NCBI GenBank assembly: GCA_035193785.1 | Contig: CP136572.1 | Location: forward strand, 3,060,578-3,124,577 | DNA: 64,000 bases | Direction of reading: 5' to 3' | Source of the DNA: Planktothrix sp. GU0601_MAG3 | Lineage (GTDB): Bacteria > Cyanobacteriota > Cyanobacteriia > Cyanobacteriales > Microcoleaceae | Shown: positions 1 to 11,014 of the stretch, piece after piece | How the letters are laid out: every line of letters begins with the position of its first letter | Numbering within the stretch: position 1 is the first letter of the stretch | Made by a program: the position numbers and the translations under genes | The notes under the pieces: model-generated | The model's database searches: none | What the model was told of the DNA's origin: nothing | The model's input: the letters and a program-made list of their open reading frames with translations, nothing else

Positions 1-159
1 GATAGTTCGGTTTGGTCGCTGGCATTCCGGCGCAACACAACAAATGATGCGATCGCGCTTCTAAAAAATATCGATCGCCCCTAATAAAAAAGAGGGATAC
101 CAGTGCATTGTCAAATAAAATAAGCTTAATACTTGAAAAGTGATGAAAAAGATTGTAGT

Positions 160-501
160 ATGAAAATTCCTCATGATGCCATTATTCCAGATTCTAAAAT
201 AACTCGCTATTTGCTCGTTCTTAGAGAACAAGATGACAAATCAAAATTTCTCGCACAGGCTGGATTTACCCAAGATAATCCAGAACAGTTAATATCAGCC
301 CTGTGTCAATTAGCTGATGCAGTAGAAGCCGTAGAAGACACAACTAACGAATATGGAATTTTTTATCGTGTAGAAGGAGAGTTAATCGGCATTAACAACA
401 GAAATTTATCAGTAATTACAATTTGGCTTAACCGTAAAATAGACGGCAAATTTCAGTTTATCACCCTTAAACCTAAGAAGGAGAAATCAATAAATGTTTG
501 A
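160..501 (+). CDS. DUF6883-like small protein (toxin-antitoxin-like pair with downstream gene)
   Basis: ATG at 160; MKIPHDAIIPDSKITRYLL...DKSKFLAQAGF...FITLKP resembles this family; overlaps the next ORF. Confidence 0.6.
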   Translation: MKIPHDAIIPDSKITRYLLVLREQDDKSKFLAQAGFTQDNPEQLISALCQLADAVEAVEDTTNEYGIFYRVEGELIGINNRNLSVITIWLNRKIDGKFQFITLKPKKEKSINV

Positions 502-739
502 CCTTTACCAGCGCGTTTCATTAAATAGTGATTTTCCAGAATATCACCTCAAAAAAGGCGATGTAGCCACTCTCATTGATTATGTCCCCCATCCCGGCAA
601 CGGCGAACAAGGTAGCGTGCTAGAAATCTTCAGTGCTACTGGGGAATCAATTGCCGTTGTTATTGTTCCTATTTCTGCAATTAAACCCTTGAGAAACGAT
701 GAAGTTTTAACCGTTCGGCGCCTAGCAGAGGTTAGCTAA
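494..739 (+). CDS. DUF4926-like small protein
   Basis: LYQRVSLNSDFPEYHLKKGDVATLID...LEIFSATGESIAVV pattern; overlaps the upstream ORF by 8 nt. Confidence 0.65.
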   Translation: MFDLYQRVSLNSDFPEYHLKKGDVATLIDYVPHPGNGEQGSVLEIFSATGESIAVVIVPISAIKPLRNDEVLTVRRLAEVS

Positions 740-769
740 ATTGTAGGATAGAAGTAAAGTAATGGGGAG

Positions 770-870
770 AGCGATCGCACTTTCGGAAAATAAGAGCGAT
801 CGCATCTTCTAAATAAAGAGCGATCGCACCTTTTGTTATTTGGGATGGGAGAGGCGCGATCGCACTTTCA
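770..870. repeat. HIP1 (GCGATCGC)-anchored short repeat cluster
   Basis: Four GCGATCGC in about 100 bp within related units (gagcgatcgcatcttctaaataaa); similar cluster at 1205-1300. Confidence 0.85.
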
Positions 871-921
871 AAAATCAAAATCATATCAACTATAAGCCTC
901 ATCATGACTACCAATATAATA

Positions 922-1137
922 TTAGTCTGCCAAAAGATTTGCAATTGCTTCTTCCGCAGTGCCACAAAAAGCTGTGCCATTTTTCTTGGCTTCTCGTGTC
1001 AGCTTGACAGATTTTAGTATTTCTTGTTCTTGTAACTCTAGCCGGCGTTTTTGCAGAAACTCAATCAGTTGATCTCGTTCTTCTGAAGTTAAATTATCAA
1101 ATGTATTAATCAAATTTTGTTTAAAAGTGATGTTCAT
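922..1137 (-). CDS. small hypothetical protein, antitoxin-like orphan
   Basis: ATG at 1137; 71 aa, LTSEERDQLIEFLQKRR...FCGTAEEAIANL. Confidence 0.5.
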   Translation of the reverse strand: MNITFKQNLINTFDNLTSEERDQLIEFLQKRRLELQEQEILKSVKLTREAKKNGTAFCGTAEEAIANLLAD

Positions 1138-1346
1138 ATTAATATTTCGTCGTTTTATCAAAGTTAAATTGATTATAGCAAAATATTTTTGATGTTCTGA
1201 AAATGATCGCCCGATAAAATATCAAAAGGGCGATCGCATCTTCTAAATAAAAAGCGATCGCACTTTAGAAAAAAAAGAGCGATCGCATTGTCTAAATAAA
1301 AACTCATCACTCCTAATAAAAAGGAGCGATACCACTAGCATATGGT

Positions 1347-3733
1347 CTAACCTAGTTTCAAATACCAAGTGTCACCAAAAATTTCTGCACAATATGACCA
1401 AGACCAGAAGTTATCGTTTCCAATTCCATTTTCATTTTGACCCTGTTGAGTATTCACAGATCCACGACTTGTCGTATTTTGAGTTTCCCGTGTAATTAAA
1501 TCGCTTGTAATCGTTGAGACTGCTATTTTGTGCTTGTCCGTAAGGATCGTCCACAACAATTCCACCACGATTCCAATCGATATCAATAACTTTGACAATA
1601 TGTCCGGGGTTAGTAGTGTAAACACCAGCCATTATTGCCTTGCCTTGCTTGAGTCCCGATTCCCAGTTATCCCTTACAAAATTTTGGAAAAAAGTAGTAT
1701 TAGTTGACGAAAACCCTGGCATATATTGCGTTCCAGAGGAAGTAACGCCAAGATCTTGTGCAAGTTTAGAAAGATTATCCCACCAGTAGCGGGCATTGGT
1801 ACCTTGAGAGCTAGGATATCTCGATGGATTGGCTCGTAATCTATCTTCTAGCACATCTTCAAATTGCTTACTTGAATTTGGATTTTTTACACCAAGAGCC
1901 GTTAAGCAGCTTGCGAGGCTAGTGACGTTGCACATTACATCACCAATTCTTTGACCACCTTCGGTAGAAGCATTATCACGTTGGTTAAAATAAGGAACTT
2001 TATATTGCAAAGTACGATAGAAACCAGGACGCTCAGATTCGGGTTTTTGAGTGACAAGCTGTCTGTATTCTCGAATTTCATCAATAGTGAGCGATGATTT
2101 ACTCCCTAGCTGATTGAGCCGGTCAGGTGTTGGCGGTGAAATGGGAGAATTATCAGAATCAGTTGGTGTTGCTCCTCCCCGTTCAATCCACGAACCCCAG
2201 TTAATTCCATCGGTGGAAGAACTCATGTAGATTTTATCATCTAAACCTTGGTGAGTCAGATAAAGCTTACCATTAAAAGCTGTCATTGATGGAGCCGTTG
2301 GTGTACTTCTGTTAATTGATGTCCAACCTGACCAATTCACTCCATCTGTAGAAGACCGGGTATAGATTAAATTGCGATCATAGCCGCGATGAGTTTGGTA
2401 AAGTCTGCCATTAAATTCTGCAATTGTTGGATAACTTGGTGTCGATCCTCCTCCTGACTCAGCCCAACCTGTCCAATTCATTCCATCTGTCGAAGAACGA
2501 GTGTACATTTTATTAGCATCAAAACCTCGGTGAGTTTGATAAAGTCGGCCATTATAACCTGCTAATGCTGGTGCTGTTGATGTACTTCCCCAAGATTGCA
2601 TCCAACCTGACCAATTCACTCCATCAGTGGAAGAAACGGGTGTAAATGTTATTGTCATAACCTCGGTGAGATTGATAAAGCTTGCCATTTACAGCAGCCA
2701 GAGTAGGTGCGCTTTGTGTTGTTCCTCCTGACTGAGCCCAAGCTGACCAATTAACTCCATCAGTGGAAGAACGGGTGTAAATATTATTGTCATTACCCCG
2801 GTGAGATTGATAAAGCTTGCCATTAAAGGCTGCTAAACTTGGGGCGTTTCGTGTAGAGCCTCCGCCGTTATTATTCCAATTCGTCCAGTTGATACCATCG
2901 GTGGAAGAACGGGTGTAAATATTATTGTCATTACCCCGGTGAGATTGATAGAGTCTGCCATTTAAACTTGCCATTGGGATTTGTGACATCTCAATAGAAA
3001 TGTCACTTCCCGACAAGTTAATCTGTGCAGTATCATCCTCACTCTGCAATCCCTGAAGCTCACCCTCACTCAATACCTTATCCTGCACAACCGCCGCAAA
3101 AATCGCCCCCTCATCTCCGGGTGAATCCGTAATATTCAAGCGCGAATCAACAGAATGCCCGATTTCTTCCAACAACAGATCCGCAACATTGGCCGGATTT
3201 GCTCCATTCCCGGTTAATAATTCTCTCGATAAATAAATTGTATCTGTCGCGGCTGCAAAAGCCCCATTCGCCCCACCAATTTCAGCCGACGAGACAAATT
3301 CAACTGGGGGAATTAAACTAAAATCACCGTTTAACCAATCTTGGGTTAGAACATTTGCAGCTTGAGTATCCCAACTTTCTCCAAAGGCTAAATTCATCTT
3401 TTCGACAAAATTAGGAACCTTTGCAAACTGGGTTAATTGTTCCTTGACAATATCCATTGCTTCACCCGTCAACCCATCGAAGGAATTGTCATTCGGTAAC
3501 GTTATATTAGGGTCAATCGTTGCAATTGATCCTTCAATTTGAGCCAGCAATAAACTATCAGATGGGTTCGGCGTGAGTGCTGGAATATTTGGGTTTTGAT
3601 TAATATGACCGATTAATAAGTCAGATTGTAAAATAACTGCTGGATTAGGTTCTTGGGGTTCCCAATTCAAAGCGGAAAAACTGGTAGATGGGAGCAAATT
3701 CTGACTAGGATCTTGCGAAAGTGAATTAGACAT
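1347..3733 (-). CDS. about 794 aa protein: cyanobacterial N-terminal LEEIGH domain + six Asp-box repeats (beta-propeller) + C39-like cysteine peptidase
   Basis: Three track ORFs join after removing extra bases at 2633-2637 and 1483-1487; six LYQxHRG...SSTDGxNW repeats; VPYFNQRDN...CNVTSLA...GHIV...DDPYG. Confidence 0.75.
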
Positions 3734-3981
3734 ATATGTTCCTTGAATTTAGGTTAGGTAAAAGTGAGATGATTTTGATAAATATAAATAACTGACTCAA
3801 GTAACTGACTTAAAAAATAGTATGGATGAAAAACCTGTTTTTGTAAAGTAATAAAATATCACTTTTAGGCAGAAAAATTAAAATTGTTTATGTCATAAAT
3901 TGTCATAATATTTTGAAAAATATCAGGTTAAATCATAAAAAGTCTGATATCCTAGTGAAAATACTGATACTTTTTTGAATC

Positions 3982-5353
3982 ATGGATATAAAAGAATTCT
4001 TAAAGTTAGCAGACAATCTGGTTTTTTCGGAGACAGAAAAACATCTGGATGATCTGCAAAAAGCGGTCTTGCGCGGTGTATGGGATGGCCAAAAATATTC
4101 TGAAATCGCAGAAGAATGTTATCGTACCGAGGCTTATGTGAGAAATTTAGCCTCGAAATTATGGAAAATGTTTTCAGGGATTTTAGGTGAAAATATTAGG
4201 AAATCGAATATTAGATCGAGTTTGGAACGATCACAATCAGCTTATTTTTTGAATTATAATGAGTCTGTAAATCTTAGCCATGTTAATATATGCAATAATA
4301 ATTCATCATCAATTATACCCAAAGAGCGATCGCCATCTCCCCCAAAACAACAACAAATTGACTTAGGGACTGCACCGGATCTTAAGAAAATATGCGATCG
4401 CATTCACGAATTAAAAACCCTACAAAATTGGATAATTCAAGAAAATTGTCGCCTAGTTTCTATTATTGGATTAAGTGGTATTGGTAAAACTACCCTAACT
4501 CGTTATTTAATTCAAACCCTACAACCGGAATTTGAAGCAATTATCTGGCGCAGTTTTTCTACTTCCCCCAGTTTAGAGATTACCCTCAAAAATTTATTAT
4601 TATTTTTATCTAATCAATCCTTAACAGATTTACCTGTTAGTTTGGAGGAAACAGTTATCTTTATTAATCGAATATCTGAGAACAAAACGCTGTCTGATTA
4701 TTCTGGATGATGTGCAAACCTTACTCAATCAAGGAACCCTAGCCGGACAATATCATCCTGACTTTAGAAATTATAGCCTATTGTTTAAATTAATTGCTGA
4801 AACCTCCCATCAGAGTTGTTTAATTCTCAATAGTTGGGAACTTCCCCAAGATATTGTTACTTTAACCGATGATAATGCACCCATTCGCTGTTTAAAGTTA
4901 TCGGGTTTGGGTTCAGCAGCAATGGAAATTTTACGCGAAAAACAATTAAAGGATGAGGAACAATGGTATCTGTTAATTCAGACTTATCAAGGAAATCCCC
5001 TATGGTTAAAAATCGTAGCTACAATGATTCAAGACATTTTTAGGGGAAGGGTTGCAGAGTTTTTTAAATATGATAATCTATGCTTGGGAGAGGGATTAAC
5101 CGAAATCTTAAAACAGCATTTGGAACGGTTATCAAAGATTGAAAAAAACGTCATCATAACTCTGAGTGAAGAAAAGGAACCTTTAGGAATTGCAGAATTA
5201 ATAGAAATATCTAAACTATCTGCAACCGATGTATTTAAAGCAATTCAATCTTTAGAACGGCGTTGTTTAATAGAAACTGAAGAACAGCAACAGCAAACAT
5301 ATTTTAAAGTTGCTCCTATTATTCGAGAATATCTTGTTTTAAATTGTCAATAA
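3982..5353 (+). CDS. NB-ARC/STAND ATPase with N-terminal HTH-like and C-terminal winged-helix regions, no sensor repeats
   Basis: Walker A GLSGIGKT; Walker B RCLIILDD restored by removing one A at 4648-4652; GNPLWLK motif. Confidence 0.8.
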
Positions 5354-5374
5354 CCAGAAACCCTGTTTTTATAT

Positions 5375-5541
5375 GTAGGGGCGGGTTCTGCAATAATATT
5401 GAATACCAACAAAAGAATTAAATCAACCCGCCATTTTTTTCTATTGGGAAATCAATAATTAATTCAATTTTCGGTTTGGTTTGGGCGGGTTTATTCATAT
5501 TTTTTATTATTATTAAATATTGCCTCAGAACCCGCCCCTAC
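5375..5541. repeat. REP/REPIN-like palindromic element with GTAG ends
   Basis: Perfect 16-bp inverted ends GTAGGGGCGGGTTCTG / CAGAACCCGCCCCTAC plus inner aacccgcc/ggcgggtt; between convergent genes. Confidence 0.8.
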
Positions 5542-5979
5542 GGATTGGAAAGATTTATGATTTGATTCATAGAATCTTCTAACTGTGTTAATAAAGTATC
5601 GACATCTTTTCCCACTTGTTGAAAACAGTCCGGGGGAGTAGGATTAGATTCAAAATAAATTAATCTGACGTTATCAACACCAATTCCAATGATTAATACT
5701 TCTTTTTCCGGTTGATACCCGTCTACAATTCCGACAATTTCTTTTAACCGATTTTCAACATTTTGATTCAGTTGTTCAATAGTTGATTTTGGACAGGCGA
5801 CAAAGTGGGGGGTAGGTTTGAGATCAATTCCGAGGGTATTGGGTTTCTTCTCCCCATTGTTGGTGTAAACCCCAAGTTAAGGCGGCGAATTCCTGACGGT
5901 TATCTTTTACAAACCGATCTAACTGATTTTGCCAACTTTGCTGTCCTAAACCGGGTTGAGTGCTATCAGGTTTAATCAT
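5538..5979 (-). CDS. ccmS: beta-carboxysome assembly chaperone CcmS (absent from ORF track)
   Basis: Manual translation WQNQLDRFVKDNRQEFAALTWGL...LGIDLKPTPHFVACPK...YQPEKEVLIIGIG...PPDCFQQVGKD; one extra base at 5843-5847. Confidence 0.75.
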
Positions 5980-6417
5980 TTTTCGACTACTGGTTTTCAC
6001 TGAGATACTATTTTAATCTATTATGGGTCAATTCTCTAAAATTCTATGGGTCTAAGTCGATCTACTGATCAAAACTAGAATAATTTCAATAAAAGTTATT
6101 AATTTACTCAGTATTTTTAATGACTACAGGATTTAATCAATAATTCAGTATCCTGGAAAATACGGTAATTTCAAAAATCGATGTATATTAAATTACTTTT
6201 ATAAATCAACAATTTCGGAAAAAAAAAGCTGAATTCGAGAAACTTTTTGCCTCAAGAAATCGTCTTCACTGTTTGGTGCATTACCTTCAGAGTCAGGGTT
6301 TTAAACATATTTTACATCTACTAAATTATTGATCAGATTAAATTGAATATTTTCCTGATTAATTTAAAGTATTCTGAAAAATAGTATACCTATTGCGAGT
6401 CTTTGTGAGGAAAATCT

Positions 6418-9400
6418 ATGATGAGTCTCGACACTTTTGATTCTGGAAATTTGTTTTTCAGTCCGACCCAGATTATTCCTGATCCTCAAATATTATCTTT
6501 GGGTTTGGGGGTTAGTCTTCCCATGGGAAGAAGTTTTACAGCTATTACTCCGACTGAAACTAATTTGATCTCTACTGATAATTCTGATTTAATTATTGGT
6601 ACGACATTTGATGATAATATTTTTGCTTTACGGGGAAATGATAGGATTTATGGTTTGGAAGGTAATGATATTTTAGGAGGAAATGAACAAGCTGATTACA
6701 TTTTTGGTAATCTAGGAAATGATAGTATTTATGGCGGTCAAGATGACGATACTTTAGCTGGAGGTCAAGATGATGATCTGATTTTTGGTGATGTGGGAAA
6801 TGATTTTATTTTGGGCGATCGCGGTGCAGATATATTATTTGGAAACCAGAATAACGATATTATTTATGGGGGAAAAGATAATGATTTAGTCGCCGGAGGA
6901 GAAGGAGATGATCAATTATTCGGTGATTTTGGAGATGATATTCTCTATGGAGATTTGGGTGCTGATATGATAACGGGTGCAGAGGGAAATGATCTCTTTT
7001 ATATTGGCAAAAATATGGGAGGATTTGCGATTACTGATGCTGATATTATCACGGATTTTACTTTCAATCAAGATGCTATTGGGTTATTAGGAGATCTGAC
7101 ATTCTCTGCGTTAAAGATTACTCAAGGAACTGGGGAATATACTAATGATACGATTATTCAAGATAAAAGTTCTAATGAATATTTAGCAATTCTCAAGAAT
7201 GTAAATAGTAATAGTCTCAATTCTGATAATTTTATTTTTGAAGGTTCTGATCCTATCCCAGAGCCAACTCCCGTACCGACATTAGCACCAACACCAATAC
7301 CGACGGTAGAACCAACTCCCGTACCGACGGTAGAAACCAACTCCCGTACCGACGGTAGAGCCAACTCCCGTACCGACGGTAGAGCCAACTCCCGTACCGA
7401 CGGTAGAGCCAACTCCCGTACCGACGGTAGAACCAACTCCCGTACCGACGGTAGAGCCAACTCCCGTACCGACGGTAGAACCAACTCCCGTACCGACGGT
7501 AGAACCAACTCCCGTACCGACGGTAGAGCCAACTCCCGTACCGACGGTAGAGCCAACTCCCGTACCAACTCCCGTACCGACGGTAGAGCCAACTCCCGTA
7601 CCGACATTAGAGCCAACTCCCGTACCGACGGTAGAGCCAACTCCCGTACCGACGGTAGAGCCAACTCCCGTACCGACGGTAGAGCCAACTCCCGTACCGA
7701 CGGTAGAACCAACTCCCGTACCGACGGTAGAGCCAACTCCCGTACCGACGGTAGAGCCAACTCCCGTACCAACTCCCGTACCAACTCCCGTACCAACACC
7801 TGTACCAACACCCGTACCAACACCTGTACCAACACCCGTACCAACACCTGTACCAACACCCGCACCTGTGAGCGTTTTAGAGTTTAGTTCAGCTAATTTT
7901 AGTGTGAATGAAAATGGCATACCTATTAACACAATTACGATTAATAGAACGCAAGAAAGTAGCGGTTTAGTCACAGCAACCATTACCCCAACAAATGGAA
8001 CTGCAACGGCTAATTCAGACTATAATAGTACGCCCATAACAGTGACATTTGCCGATGGGGATATTACCCCAAAAACTGTTACAATGACCGTGCTTGATGA
8101 TTCAATATTTGAACCAACGGAAACCGTTAATTTAGCATTAAATATTACCACCGGAACTGCAACGGTCGGAACAAAAAACACAGCTATATTGCAAATTGTT
8201 GATAATGATCCGAGTGAAAATCTCCAGTTAAATAGTGCAACTTATTTAGGAACTTCTGGAAATGATAGTGGTGCATCGGTTGAAATTTCTCCGGTTGATA
8301 ATAATATTATTATTGCGGGTAACTTTAACGGTGTGGGAGAGATTCAACGGTTACAAAATGGGAATACAGCCCCATTATCAAATACACCATTAGGCGGTAT
8401 TGTAAATGATTTAGATGTAGATCGAGATAGTGGGGAAATTGTAGTGGTGGGGGATTTTGGAATTAAGGTTTATAACCCTACAGCTAATACGGTTTTATGG
8501 TCACAACCGGGAACTTTTAATCGAGTTGCGATCGCCTCGGATGGTACGGTTGCCACTTTAAATAATAGTACCGATACGATTACCTTATGGAATCCAACGG
8601 GAACCCAATTAACCAGCACAACCCTAACCGGAACCAATGTCAATCCGGCGGATATTACGATTGATCCTACCACTAAACAAGTCTTTGTTACCGGGTATAA
8701 TCAAGTTACCAGTATTTTACAAACTCCTTTCTTACGCGGGTTTGATTCTTCCTTGAATTTGTTATGGAAAACCTGGGATTTTAGTGCAACGGAAGTCACC
8801 GGACAAAACTTAGGGGCAGATACCCGAGGAGAACGGATTACAATTGGTAAAAATGGAGGACTTTATTTCTTAGGAAGAACCGATGGCGGCAATAATGTTT
8901 TTCAACGGGATGGTAAAACCATTACTCAAAATTCAACCACAAATGTTGATGTAGATTCCTTTAGTAATTTCTCCGGTGCTGGGGCGGGAACTTTCACTTT
9001 TCACGCCAAAATTAATCCGAATAATGGAAACCGTTGATCGGGGTCAATTTGTTGTTACCCGCACTAGCACCGGGGCGAATAGTTTTACCCCCAATTCCAT
9101 CACGGCTGACGAATTTGGTAATGTATATATAGGAGGATCTTCGGCTTTTCAATTGCAAAATCGTCCGGCTAAAACGATTAATAATCAACTCGTTGGGGCT
9201 TATACCTTGGGAGAAATGGCCGTGTTAGGATTATCGGCTGATTATACCGTCAGAAAGTTCTGGACTCCTTTAACCCAAACGGGTGACGCTGATGGGGCGA
9301 AGGGAAGTGTAAATGGTTTTGCGGTATTGAAGGGTCAAGCGGTAATTTTGGGGACGGTAACCCAACCCTCGGTGGCGACAACAACTAACGCAATTAATCC

Positions 9401-9449
9401 TAATCCATTGGGAGGAAATGATGCTTATTTAGCCACTTGGTCGGTTTAG
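6418..9449 (+). CDS. about 1009 aa RTX Ca-binding surface protein with Pro/Thr linker, Calx-beta domain and beta-rich C-terminal domain
   Basis: GGxGxD-type nonapeptides; (EPTPVPTV)n; [12 protein letters not shown]...[13 protein letters not shown]alx-beta; extra bases at 7333-7337 and 9027-9031. Confidence 0.8.
7261..7868 (+). repeat. 24-bp coding tandem repeat (GAGCCAACTCCCGTACCGACGGTA) ending in 12-bp units
   Basis: About 20 near-identical units without spacers; encodes [12 protein letters not shown]. Confidence 0.95.
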
Positions 9450-9660
9450 GAAATCGCTGATTAGCAATTAGGTTTCTAATCGTTATCTTATATTGAGAAA
9501 CCTAGTTTCTTGGATCTGCGTCGATCAGCTTAAATGCCCTCTGATGCTGTTTTTCTACTTCTAATCCTAAATCCTGAAACCCTTTCACAACTTCCTGTCC
9601 CCTGTCCCTTGTTCCCTAGTGCGTAGCGCTATAACCTATAAATTCTCACCTGCACTGATT

Positions 9661-10509
9661 ATGTTAAAACCCTTGACCATTGCCCGATCTTTACCTCGTC
9701 GTTGGTTGTATCCGGTGATTTCAATAACTCTTACCCTGGGTATTGTATTGAGTTCAACGGTCGCAACTTTGGCAATTCCTTTACCCGAATTAATCTTTAG
9801 AGGAATTCAAGTTATCCAGTTATCAAATTTATCAGCCCGTCAGGAAGTTGCGATCGGGGAACAAATTAATCAAGAATTACTCTCAAAACAAGTTAACTTA
9901 TTTCGTAACCAAGAAGCCCAAAACTATATTAATCAAATTGGTCAACGTCTTGTTCAAGCCAGCGATCGCCCGAATATTCCCTACACATTTCAAGTAATTG
10001 ATGATCGGAATGTCAATGCTTTTGCCACTATGGGCGGGTTTGTTTATGTTAATACGGGCTTAATTGCGGCGGCGGATAATGAAGCGGAATTGGCGAGTGT
10101 AATGGCCCATGAAATCGGACATATTGCCGGACGCCATGCGATTAAACAAATGCGTCAAGCGGCGGTGGCTGCGGGGGTGGCGACGGCCGTTGGTGCGGAT
10201 CAAAATAAATTAGTTCAAATTGGGGTGGAATTAGCCTTAAAACGCCCTAAAAGCCGCGAGGCTGAATATGAGGCCGATCGCATGGGTTTAGCCACTTTAA
10301 TTCGTGCGGGTTATGCTCCACGGGGCGCCGTTGATTTTATGGCCAAACTGTTAAAAAGTGGCTCTCCACCAACTATTATTAGCACTCACCCAGCGACCGG
10401 CGATCGCATTTCCGCCATGCAACGACTTCTTGATCCCAGTATGGTTAATTCCGGCGATGGGTTAGATAGCAATTCCTATCGCGCCACGGTTGAACGCATT
10501 TTGTATTAA
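9661..10509 (+). CDS. M48 family Zn metallopeptidase
   Basis: VNAFATMGG, HEIGH, SREAEYEAD, STHP motifs. Confidence 0.9.
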   Translation: MLKPLTIARSLPRRWLYPVISITLTLGIVLSSTVATLAIPLPELIFRGIQVIQLSNLSARQEVAIGEQINQELLSKQVNLFRNQEAQNYINQIGQRLVQASDRPNIPYTFQVIDDRNVNAFATMGGFVYVNTGLIAAADNEAELASVMAHEIGHIAGRHAIKQMRQAAVAAGVATAVGADQNKLVQIGVELALKRPKSREAEYEADRMGLATLIRAGYAPRGAVDFMAKLLKSGSPPTIISTHPATGDRISAMQRLLDPSMVNSGDGLDSNSYRATVERILY

Positions 10510-10611
10510 ATTAAACCCCAAATTGGGGGAAACTCCACCTCAAACTCCCCCCAATTTGGCCACTCAGTATTGCACAAAATTGAATAGGTATGTTAAGTTA
10601 ACCTATCGAGT

Positions 10612-10762
10612 AGAGTCAGTCAGCCTAATCCACTCTTTTTTAATGAGTTAGGAGCGGGGGAACCATCTTTAGGGGCTTATCTTCGATTGTTTACGATTGT
10701 CGAGAAGGACATCTCTCAGTCCTAGCCCGTCAGCTAACCCCGTCGGCTGTGAGAGAAGACTG
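10612..10762 (+). ncRNA. cyclic di-AMP (ydaO/yuaA) riboswitch
   Basis: Hallmark segments aatcc...ggagcgggggaacca...gggg...cccgtcagctaaccccgtcggc; upstream of an ion-transport operon. Confidence 0.85.
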
Positions 10763-11014
10763 TTGATCGGCAAGGTTTTTACCATTGCCCTCACCGGAAT
10801 TCTAAGTACATCAGACTCTGTTATTAATATTCAATCCTTGAGGGTTGAATTTGCAAAGGTGTTTGGGGGTCATGGAAATGGCCAGTTTTTTAGTTTGCTA
10901 ATTTTGGGTAATCACAGATACTATATGTAACCCATCCTAAAATTCAACGAGTGCGGGGATTAACAAACATTAATCTCCCCTTGAATTTTGTATTATTCCC
11001 ATTTGAGGCTGACT

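Noticed and set aside
7309..7440. A longer or bipartite (type I R-M) motif explaining the affected GAAC sites
   Set aside because: No shared flanks among the 33 sites; identical-context copies (7430 vs 7333) behave differently.
7261..7868. CRISPR array
   Set aside because: 24-bp units are contiguous with no unique spacers, encode a Pro/Thr linker, and no cas genes are present.
7158..7983. Antisense ORFs (VRELALPS)n and (GTGVGSTV)n, and the (NSRTDGRA)n tail of 6418..7887
   Set aside because: Stop-free shadows of the tandem repeat; the tail results from the 7333 insertion.
10697..10930. 77-aa ORF
   Set aside because: Overlaps the riboswitch and leader; TTG start; no recognisable protein features.
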